Source of the DNA: Candidatus Cloacimonadales bacterium | GTDB lineage: Bacteria; Cloacimonadota; Cloacimonadia; Cloacimonadales; DAONDQ01 | DNA: 64,000 bases | NCBI GenBank assembly: GCA_963662275.1 | Contig: OY759316.1 | Coordinates: 288,001-352,000 of the forward strand | Direction: 5' to 3' | Part shown: positions 41,730 through 49,886 of the stretch, piece by piece | How positions within the stretch are numbered: position 1 is the first letter of the stretch | Layout: each line of letters starts with the position of its first letter | Program-made: the position numbers and the translations under genes | The notes under the pieces: model-generated | Seen by the model: the letters and a program-made list of their open reading frames with translations, nothing else | What the model was told of the DNA's origin: nothing | The model's database searches: none

Positions 41730-42356
41730 ATGCACACCATCTACGAAGACTTATACAAGAATGAAGAATATTACTGGAGTTATATTCCATCCTATACATG
41801 CCTGAAGGTATTGGAGTTCATGCCGTCTGTGAAGAAATTGAAGCTTCTCGATATCGGCTGTGGGGAAGGACGGGATTCCGTATTCTTTGCCCGCAATGGT
41901 TATGATGTTACTGCTTTCGACCTGGCAATCTCTGGTGTGGAAAAGACTCAGCGATTGGCAGAGAAACTCGGCGTGAAGGTAAATGTCTTCCAGGCTGATC
42001 TGAATGAATACAGGCTGACAGAGAAGTTCGATATCCTCTTTTCCAATGGGGTGCTGCATTATGTGAAGCCAGAAGTTAGGAAGGAGATGTTCGATAACTA
42101 CAAAGCATTCACGGAGGATAACGGCATTCATATGCTTTCGGTCTTTGTGGATAAGCCCTTCATTGCCCCTCCCCCTGAATATGAGGAAACAGCACAGAGA
42201 TGGATATCAGGAGAATTGCTGGGCTATTACCATGACTGGAAGTTTGAATTCGAAGTAGAAGAGATATTTGACTGCAATTCCAGCGGTGTAGCACATCAGC
42301 ACGCAATGACGAGGATGCTGGCGAGGAAGATGAAAGGAATAGTGAATAGGGAATAG
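41730..42356 (+). CDS. Class I SAM-dependent methyltransferase, TehB-like
   Basis: LLDIGCGEGRDS.F.A..GY.VTAFD, FDILFS.GVLHY. Confidence 0.9.
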   Translation: MHTIYEDLYKNEEYYWSYIPSYTCLKVLEFMPSVKKLKLLDIGCGEGRDSVFFARNGYDVTAFDLAISGVEKTQRLAEKLGVKVNVFQADLNEYRLTEKFDILFSNGVLHYVKPEVRKEMFDNYKAFTEDNGIHMLSVFVDKPFIAPPPEYEETAQRWISGELLGYYHDWKFEFEVEEIFDCNSSGVAHQHAMTRMLARKMKGIVNRE

Positions 42357-42469
42357 CTTCAGACAAGATTTGACCCCCCTACCCCCCTTCTCAAGGGGGG
42401 ATTGATCTTCTTTTGTATCACGGTTTGTTAAGCCGTTAAGGGAAGGGTTGTTAACCCTGGATCGTCTTT

Positions 42470-42623
42470 CGTAGCACAGACAATCTTGTCCGTTTTGTGA
42501 GAGTGTCGTCCCGACCTCGATCGGCAGAAGGTGATAGGTGTTAGGTACTAGGTGCTTGAAGGAATTCAGCAGGAACGGAATCCTACTCTACGGAAATTCA
42601 GTAGGATCGGAATCCTACTCCAC
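42470..42623. repeat. 87-bp module copy 2 followed by two GTAGGAT-type REP-like copies
   Basis: 42470-42556, 42569-42591 and 42601-42623. Confidence 0.85.
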
Positions 42624-42643
42624 TATTAGATAAGAGGAATAGA

Positions 42644-43309
42644 ATGAAATTGATAACAGAGATACAGGAAGATAAGGTATATTTCAGGATACAGGAATAT
42701 GATTCCAAGTATAAACCTGTCCTGGAGATGTGTTTTTACCAGGAAGATGAGAAGGGTTATTATAAATCATATCCTTCAAATTATCCACACCTGGAAACTA
42801 TTAGAAGCAATTTCGAAATGCTGGGTGAATTGATGTTCAACCAGCTTGGTTATTTTGTATCGGTACCCTGGGAAAAAGGTCTTTTAGCATTTTTGGAAAA
42901 AATCCAAGGCTCCGGTATCAACTGGTGGCTGACAGGCAGTTGTGCCGTATGTGCGAGAGGAATCTCCCTGAATCCGCATGATGTTGATATCATGGTCGAT
43001 TCAAAGGATATCCCGCAAATCATAGAGCTTTTCTCAGATGTTATATTTGAACCGATTGTAGATACCCAGGGGTGGGTAACTAAGGACTTCGGTGTCTTGT
43101 TTATGGATTGCCGCATCGATATAGCCTCTGATCCGGCAGCCTTCATTGATGAACCGGAGCCTGCTGATTGCGGTCCCTATGCTAAAGAGCACCTGGAAAC
43201 GATCGAATGGCATGGTTATTCGATTCAAGTACCGCCGTTATCGCTTTCTATTGCCGTCAATCGCAGAAGAGGTCGATGGGAACGTGTGAAGATCATGGAA
43301 GAAGCCTAG
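42644..43309 (+). CDS. Pol-beta-superfamily nucleotidyltransferase domain protein
   Basis: WWLTGS.A...G....PHDVDI (GS...DxD) and a third Asp in RIDI. Confidence 0.75.
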   Translation: MKLITEIQEDKVYFRIQEYDSKYKPVLEMCFYQEDEKGYYKSYPSNYPHLETIRSNFEMLGELMFNQLGYFVSVPWEKGLLAFLEKIQGSGINWWLTGSCAVCARGISLNPHDVDIMVDSKDIPQIIELFSDVIFEPIVDTQGWVTKDFGVLFMDCRIDIASDPAAFIDEPEPADCGPYAKEHLETIEWHGYSIQVPPLSLSIAVNRRRGRWERVKIMEEA

Positions 43310-43400
43310 AGTATGCGCTACAGATAAAAAGCTTGACTGTAATATCTCTTTTTTGAAGTAGTGTTCCTAAAATGGAATACTAAAATAGAAAGAGGCTATA

Positions 43401-44252
43401 ATGAAAAGTCAAGCTTCGCACTATCTAACTGAAAAGCTCGGATTTACTGCCATTGAAGCAACTGTATATCTTTGTTTATTAGCTGAACATCCTCAAACTG
43501 GATACAAGATATCCACGACAATCAGTAAGTCTCGCTCAAGTACCTACCAATCATTAAAATCACTGGAAAACAAGCATGCTATCATCCGCTTGGAAGGTAC
43601 GGAATTTGGTGAATACATACCTGTTCCTATTGAAGAATATATGAATCGGAAAGAGAAAGAATTCCAAATGCAAAAGGAAGAGATCATAGAGGCTTTCAAG
43701 GATATTGTTCCGGAAGAGCAGCAGGAGTATATCTATCAGATTACCCGCACAGAACAATTATACAGCAGGATTCAAACAATGATTCATGAAGCGAAAGCGA
43801 TGATTCTTGTCGATACAGATGATGCACCCTTACAAATCATTCATGATTGGCTCGAGGTAAAAGCAAAAGAGAATGTGAATGTCATGATTGAAACCTTGGG
43901 AAAAAAGCAGGATGATCATTGCTTTCATATTAATTTACAGAAAATAACACCCAAGGATATGGAATGGAATGCTGACTGGTTGTGTTTAAGCGTTGACGGT
44001 GAGCAGTTTCTTATCTCTTTGTTAAACAAGGAAACGGGGGAATTGATACATGCGCTCTGGTGTGGCAATCCCTATATTTCACCGTGGGTTTATAACGGTA
44101 TGCTGCATGAGTTCTCTTTTCGGGTTCTTCTCCAAATGATTGAAGAGGAAGATGATAGAGAGAAGCTGTTAAAAAGTATTACCGCGTTTACTAATCGCTT
44201 CTTCCAACCTGTAAAAGGGTTTCAGCGCTTACAGGAAAAGCTCTTAATTTGA
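43401..44252 (+). CDS. TrmB family transcriptional regulator
   Basis: LGFT..EA.VY..LL...P.TGY.IS....SRS..Y..L..L wHTH plus effector domain. Confidence 0.9.
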   Translation: MKSQASHYLTEKLGFTAIEATVYLCLLAEHPQTGYKISTTISKSRSSTYQSLKSLENKHAIIRLEGTEFGEYIPVPIEEYMNRKEKEFQMQKEEIIEAFKDIVPEEQQEYIYQITRTEQLYSRIQTMIHEAKAMILVDTDDAPLQIIHDWLEVKAKENVNVMIETLGKKQDDHCFHINLQKITPKDMEWNADWLCLSVDGEQFLISLLNKETGELIHALWCGNPYISPWVYNGMLHEFSFRVLLQMIEEEDDREKLLKSITAFTNRFFQPVKGFQRLQEKLLI

Positions 44253-44260
44253 GGTTATTC

Positions 44261-45196
44261 ATGAATCATTTTATAGAAAAACTGAGTAATACAAAAGCAT
44301 CAGATGAATTCAATCAATCTCTAAAACAGACCAAGTTTCAGAAATTCAGTTCTTATTTGATTGTCAGGATGGTGCTCATAGGGTTAGCGGTTCTCATCCC
44401 TGTTGCTTTCACTAACGTCTTGTCTATTTACGTCATAGACCGCTTTACCGGAGTTACTGAGACTATCCTGGATGGCTTACGGCATTTGTTATCAATTATT
44501 CTCATATTCATGGCATATCGGTTTTATTGTCGTAAGATCGAAAACCGTGAAGCAAAGGAATTTTCACTACCGCGTTCTTTCCTGGAATTGTTCTCCGGGT
44601 CATTTGTCGGTGGTTTCCTGGTTGCACTCATTGTTGCCGTTTTAGCTTTGAATGGTATGTATCAGATTATTTCTTTGAAGCCGGCAAGTGTTTTGGTAAA
44701 AGGTTTTTACATCTTTTATACTGGAGCTCTCTTCCAAGAAATCTTCTTCAGGTTGGTGTTGTTCAAAATTATTGAGGAAAAACTGGGTACCTGGCTAGCG
44801 ATTACAGCCGTCGCTTTGATCTTTGCATTGGCACATGTAACCAATCCGAATACTACGCTTATGACTTCTATCTACATGTTTCTCTCAGATTTCCTGTTCG
44901 GTGCCGGGTTTGTCCTGACACGCAGAATATGGTTTGTCTGGGGTATGCATGGTGCTTGGAACTTTATCCAGGATGGCGTTTTCGGGATGTCAAATTCGGG
45001 CATTGATCAGTTTCCCAGTTGGATCATTCCTAAGGTGCAAGGTCCGGTCTGGCTGACAGGTGGAGCGTATGGAATTGAAGCATCTGTTACAAGTCTTGTT
45101 TTAAGCATAATGGGTGGAATTATCTTATTAAAATATGCTGTACAGTCAAAGCAAATGGTATTGCCGGTATGGAAGAAATACGATGCACAGAGCTAA
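44261..45196 (+). CDS. CPBP (CAAX/Abi) family intramembrane protease
   Basis: QEIFFR (EExxxR variant), FALAH, HGAWN. Start at ATG 44261. Confidence 0.85.
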   Translation: MNHFIEKLSNTKASDEFNQSLKQTKFQKFSSYLIVRMVLIGLAVLIPVAFTNVLSIYVIDRFTGVTETILDGLRHLLSIILIFMAYRFYCRKIENREAKEFSLPRSFLELFSGSFVGGFLVALIVAVLALNGMYQIISLKPASVLVKGFYIFYTGALFQEIFFRLVLFKIIEEKLGTWLAITAVALIFALAHVTNPNTTLMTSIYMFLSDFLFGAGFVLTRRIWFVWGMHGAWNFIQDGVFGMSNSGIDQFPSWIIPKVQGPVWLTGGAYGIEASVTSLVLSIMGGIILLKYAVQSKQMVLPVWKKYDAQS

Positions 45197-45501
45197 AGCT
45201 GACAGCTAATAGGGAAGTGAAGAGCAGAGTCAACCACACCTGCGACTTCGTGTTATCGTACGGCTATTGAAAGTGAGTAATAGAGGGAACAGGAACGGCG
45301 TCCTGCTTTACTCAGAATTCATTCAGATCGGAATCTTACTCCACATAATCAGCTTGAAGTATGCGCTACATTCAGCAGGAATGTTGTCCTGCCTGAGAGA
45401 GGTGTACGTAATTCTCTAGTTGACCACAGGTTCATCTTATCATTCTTTGCTTTTCTGGTGATTAGTGATTAAACTATATCAAATACTAACATAGGAATGA
45501 T

Positions 45502-46395
45502 ATGATACGCAATCGTCAACTCAGCCTTTTCTTAGGAATACTTGCATCGCTGTTCTGGGGATTAAGCTTTATATGGTATAAAACAGCTTATCTTGGCTTT
45601 GGACCTTTATCCGTTGTTATGCTCAGACTGGTCATTACCACTATTGTCCTGGCGTTAGCTGCTGTCATCAGCAGGCAGCATATAATGATTCCCAAAAAAG
45701 ACTGGAAATACTTTTTCTTGTTAGCTATCTTCGAACCATTCCTCTATTTCCTGGGAGAAAGCTTCGGAATGAAATTCGTTTCATCCACACTCGGTGCATT
45801 GATCATCGCTACCATTCCATTATTTACACCTATTCCAGCTTACTTGCTCTATCGGGAGAAGATGCAGGTAACCGGATTCATAGGATTGACATTATCATTT
45901 GGTGGTGTCGGTCTTGTAGTATGGCAGGGTGGATTTGATGTCGTGAATTATTGGGGTATCCCGCTGATGTTTATTGCCGTTCTTTCAGCAGTCTGTTATG
46001 GCTTAGTATTGAAGAAACTAACCCGCGATTATAGCAGTATTACTATTGTGAGAGTGCAAAGCCTATTGGGTGTGCTCATGTTCTTGCCTGTGTTCCTTAA
46101 TTTTGAAGCAAAGAATTTCAATTATCATGCTCCAGCTAATGCCTGGCTGGCAGTGTTTGCATTAGCTATCTTCGCATCCTGCCTGGCGTATATGTGTATT
46201 ACTGTTTGTATTAGGAATCTCGGGGTGAATAAAACAAACCTCCTGGCAAACCTCATTCCTGTTTTCACAGCAGTCACAGCTTATCTTTTTCTACATGAAG
46301 CATTTGGCATATCCAAGATTGTTGGTGGTGTCATGGTATTATCCGGAGTGCTGCTGTTTGAATTTGGATGGTTCAAGAGGAGAATTAAAAATTAA
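45502..46395 (+). CDS. DMT/EamA family transporter
   Basis: Two EamA repeats (FWG.SF...K; IATIPLFT...Y.E; PVFT...L.E); about 10 TM. Confidence 0.9.
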   Translation: MIRNRQLSLFLGILASLFWGLSFIWYKTAYLGFGPLSVVMLRLVITTIVLALAAVISRQHIMIPKKDWKYFFLLAIFEPFLYFLGESFGMKFVSSTLGALIIATIPLFTPIPAYLLYREKMQVTGFIGLTLSFGGVGLVVWQGGFDVVNYWGIPLMFIAVLSAVCYGLVLKKLTRDYSSITIVRVQSLLGVLMFLPVFLNFEAKNFNYHAPANAWLAVFALAIFASCLAYMCITVCIRNLGVNKTNLLANLIPVFTAVTAYLFLHEAFGISKIVGGVMVLSGVLLFEFGWFKRRIKN

Positions 46396-46732
46396 AAAAT
46401 AAAAATTAAGAATTGCAGAGTTCGGATGGTTTGGAAAGAAGCATGTTCAAAAAATTGACCGTTTTAGTAGGTAGAAAACTTAAGAACTAACCAGAAAATA
46501 TTAATTAGGGGATATAACTGTGTTGAATTCTGTTTACCATTAGCTCTAAGCTACTGCCTACTTAACTCATACCATTTTTTACAATTGTCTTATCATCAGT
46601 TTGAATTTTCAGAAAACAAATGCTAGAAACTTCTCAACAAATCTTAAACAAAATTTATCCACATTTCTCCACATTACCTTACCCTGATGTCTCATATGTT
46701 TTTCATAAATGAACTAGGATACGATTACTATA

Positions 46733-46801
46733 TCATTACGGTACAAATACGGTTTTTTACCGTAATGCTACCGTATTGCTACCGTAATGATACCGTAATG
46801 C
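46733..46801. repeat. 11-bp array (TACCGTAWTGM)x4 with two inverted copies
   Basis: Direct units at 46758, 46769, 46780, 46791; inverted units at 46733 and 46744. Confidence 0.9.
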
Positions 46802-46817
46802 TCTTATGTGGATTTGA

Positions 46818-48296
46818 TTATTTTACAAGCACCATTTTCTTCGTAATTGTCTTATCCTTGGTGCTGATTCTTAAGAAATAAGCACCGCTTGCATTATCTG
46901 CTTCAGATTCAGAAGCATTCCACACATAATTCTGCGTTCCCTTATCCAGCATCCCTTCATGAATGTGTTTGATAATCTGACCTTTAATATTAAAGAGACT
47001 AATATCCACATTACCCTTTTCCGGATTATCAATTTGGATATTTACATCTTTCGCAAAGGGATTAGGATATACTGTACAGTTCAGGGATGTTATTGGAACA
47101 ATAGGATCATCATTAGAAACATTTGAATGAATGTATTCCACATAATCATTATAAGTGTACCAGAATTTGAGGGATGCAGTTTGCCAATAAATACGTGGGA
47201 AATAAGTAATGCTAACAAAATCAACTGGGAAATCGAAATTATAGTCCTCATAAAATAAAATGTCGCTTTCACCTGTATCAAATTCAATAGTAGCGGATAA
47301 AGGAAAATCAGAATCGACATCCGAATAAGTAATATGTGAGTGAAATTCATTAGGATATTCAAGCCCATTCCATAAATAGTTATAAGTAAAATAATTTAGA
47401 ACAGGCGGATGATTCTCGACAAATTGATACTGTTCGTTGGTAGGATAAATAATGGTATTCCTTGCCTGGTCAACAGTGACAAAGCCTTCCTGCTGTGTTA
47501 CGGTTTGAGTCGTAGGAGTGATCTTAAAATACCCAAAGCTGTTGAACCAGATACTGAACAGATTGTCAGCCATCAGGTCAGCCCAATTGCATGAGAGGTA
47601 TAATATACTTGTTCCTTCAGGATGGGAATATGTGATATCGCCAATCCGGGTGATATCTGCTAAACCTGTACCGTTTATTTTATACAGACCAGGGTTAATG
47701 ACGCCTGCCTGGTCAATCGTATAGATTAAGGCAAAGGTAAGGGGTGTGGGAGAAGTATCCGCAGGAAATGTGATAATACCCATGTAGCAGTAGTTTGTAT
47801 ATCCTGAATTGACAGGATATGATTGGCTGCTATTTGACATTGCGATAAAGAGTTTGTCATCATTAAAAGAAACATTCCAATCCACTAAATCAAGACAGGC
47901 TGGAGTTGCATCACCAGTAAAATCCCAATTTCCTGCAGACATTTCATCCCAAGTAGGCTGGGTTCCTGCATACTTTACAGGAGCTACGTTATTTTGTTGG
48001 CGAAAGCCGATTTGAAATAGATCAGGGCTGTTCATATTTAAAGTGGCTTTACAACTTAGGGGACCTCCAAATGCACCAAATTCATGAAAATCTAGCATGT
48101 CTATGGTCTGGACTTCGTTATTTATACGATATTCAAGTGTTACACCAGTTGGTTCGCTACATCTGAGTTGAACTATGTACTGATTCGGTTCAGTTGCCAG
48201 ATTTGAACTATGCCTGAAATTAGACCAGAATTTCGCAGCGTGGAGTGAAAAACATAAACAGGTTACAAATATAGCGAATAGAATACGTGTTTTCAT
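46818..48296 (-). CDS. Secreted protein with FlgD/T9SS-type C-terminal domain
   Basis: Signal peptide from ATG 48296; C-terminal VYPNPF...FNIKGQ...ASGAYF...KKMVLVK. Confidence 0.8.
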   Translation of the reverse strand: MKTRILFAIFVTCLCFSLHAAKFWSNFRHSSNLATEPNQYIVQLRCSEPTGVTLEYRINNEVQTIDMLDFHEFGAFGGPLSCKATLNMNSPDLFQIGFRQQNNVAPVKYAGTQPTWDEMSAGNWDFTGDATPACLDLVDWNVSFNDDKLFIAMSNSSQSYPVNSGYTNYCYMGIITFPADTSPTPLTFALIYTIDQAGVINPGLYKINGTGLADITRIGDITYSHPEGTSILYLSCNWADLMADNLFSIWFNSFGYFKITPTTQTVTQQEGFVTVDQARNTIIYPTNEQYQFVENHPPVLNYFTYNYLWNGLEYPNEFHSHITYSDVDSDFPLSATIEFDTGESDILFYEDYNFDFPVDFVSITYFPRIYWQTASLKFWYTYNDYVEYIHSNVSNDDPIVPITSLNCTVYPNPFAKDVNIQIDNPEKGNVDISLFNIKGQIIKHIHEGMLDKGTQNYVWNASESEADNASGAYFLRISTKDKTITKKMVLVK

Positions 48297-48327
48297 AATA
48301 CCCCTTCGTGTTAATACTCTGTAATTT

Positions 48328-49485
48328 TTAAATCTTAATTTTCCTGCCTTCATGTATTTTGATTTCAATATATCGGCACTCAATATCACCATTATAGACT
48401 ATTACCTTCCTGCTTGGAGTCAAGCCAACGGATTTAACCAAATCCTTTTCCAGCAATATCCAGGCAGTTGAACCCCGGCATTTCTGCTTGAGGAAATCAC
48501 CAAAAACGCCTAAGAGTCTTTTAACATTCTCCACTTCCGCTAACCTCACACCATAAGGAGGATTGCAGATGATCATTGCATTTTCAATGGGTTTCATTCT
48601 AAAGGCACCCTGGTTGAGAGTCACATTCCTGCCGAAAGGCAAGGCTGTCATATTAGCTTCAGATGCTTCAATAGCTTGAGGATCAATATCACTTCCAAAA
48701 ATGAGATTATCAGGCAGAGGTCTGATTTGCTGCTGCAGTTCTTCCTGCAGCTTAACCCAGTCCTGAGAGTTATAATCAGGTAATAGTTGGAATCCCCACT
48801 TATGCTGCTTGACTGTAGGGGGGAGATGACATAGCATCATACCTGCTTCTGCTAAAATTGTCCCTGAACCGCAGAAAGGATCATAGAGAAGGACAGTTCC
48901 ATCCCAGCCACTGATACGAACTAGCGCAGCAGCTAATGTTTCCTGTAAGGGAGCTTCCACACTTCGCAGGCGATATCCTCTTTTATGCAAAGGACCATGA
49001 CCAACATCGAAGCTGATGCTGGCATCATTTTTAAATATCCAGAGGCTAATATCCACATCCGGATTCTCTCTATCCACGCTTGGACGTTTTCCAAACTTAT
49101 CACGATAGTAGTCTGCAATCGCATCTTTCAGTTTCAAGGCTGCATATTGGGAATGGGTGATATTGCTATGAGCGACATTGGCAAAGATGGAGAATGTATG
49201 ATCAATACCGAACAGTGTTTCCCACTTGATATTTTTATATGCATATTGATACAAGGCATCATCACCGAGGCATCGAAATTTAGCCAGGGGTGCTAATATC
49301 TTGCTGCACAGACGCGTCATCATAGTAATTTTCATCAAGGTTTTGGGATCTGCCGTAAAACTGAGAGCCCTATAGCTTTCGATTACTTGTCTAGCCCCTA
49401 ATTCTGCAAGCTCCTTTGCACCTTCTGATTCTAATCCATGAGCAATTGTGGCTGTATATTGGTTATTTTTTTGATATTCAAACAT
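48328..49485 (-). CDS. THUMP-domain rRNA m2G methyltransferase (RlmL-like)
   Basis: LHKRGYR...APL.ETLAAA, DPFCGSGT, CNPPYG.R. Confidence 0.9.
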   Translation of the reverse strand: MFEYQKNNQYTATIAHGLESEGAKELAELGARQVIESYRALSFTADPKTLMKITMMTRLCSKILAPLAKFRCLGDDALYQYAYKNIKWETLFGIDHTFSIFANVAHSNITHSQYAALKLKDAIADYYRDKFGKRPSVDRENPDVDISLWIFKNDASISFDVGHGPLHKRGYRLRSVEAPLQETLAAALVRISGWDGTVLLYDPFCGSGTILAEAGMMLCHLPPTVKQHKWGFQLLPDYNSQDWVKLQEELQQQIRPLPDNLIFGSDIDPQAIEASEANMTALPFGRNVTLNQGAFRMKPIENAMIICNPPYGVRLAEVENVKRLLGVFGDFLKQKCRGSTAWILLEKDLVKSVGLTPSRKVIVYNGDIECRYIEIKIHEGRKIKI

Positions 49486-49611
49486 AAGAATCTCCTGATT
49501 CCTATATGTGATAACTGTAGTAGTTTGTCAAATGGAATGAGGAATCTTACAGTTGACAGGCTAACAGCTAACAGGGGGAAGAAGCTTATAGCTTATAGCT
49601 AACAGCGAGGA

Positions 49612-49667
49612 AATCCCCCCTTGGGAAGGGTAATGAATCCCCCCTTGGGAAGGGGGGTAGGGGGGTC
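49612..49667. repeat. Inverted G/C-run hairpin repeats, one partial and one full, preceded by AGCT-type heptamers
   Basis: TCCCCCCTTGGGAAGGGGGGTAGGGGGGTC at 49638-49667. Confidence 0.85.
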
Positions 49668-49716
49668 TATTTCTATTTCGGTCTCATTGAAAACAATATG
49701 CGATTTTCAACCAATC

Positions 49717-49850
49717 TGAAAACGGATTTTCGCTGCTGTGGATGAAATGTCGGTTTGAAGTCCATTTGCCCTTTTAGTCAGGTATTCATTGATAATCAAT
49801 TAAGGGCAATTGAACTCCAAATCCTCAGCTTTCATATAAAGTCCAACCTC
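49717..49850 (-). repeat. About 135-bp element with TTGGAGTTCAA/TGGACTTCAA boxes
   Basis: Reverse complement aligns with 52111-52242. Confidence 0.75.
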
Positions 49851-49886
49851 ACTAACACCTAGCACCTAACCCCTAACCCCTTCTGC

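Noticed and set aside
39158..46395. Classical integron
   Set aside because: No intI gene and no consistent RYYYAAC...GTTRRRY attC after the genes; a formal IntegronFinder run is still needed.
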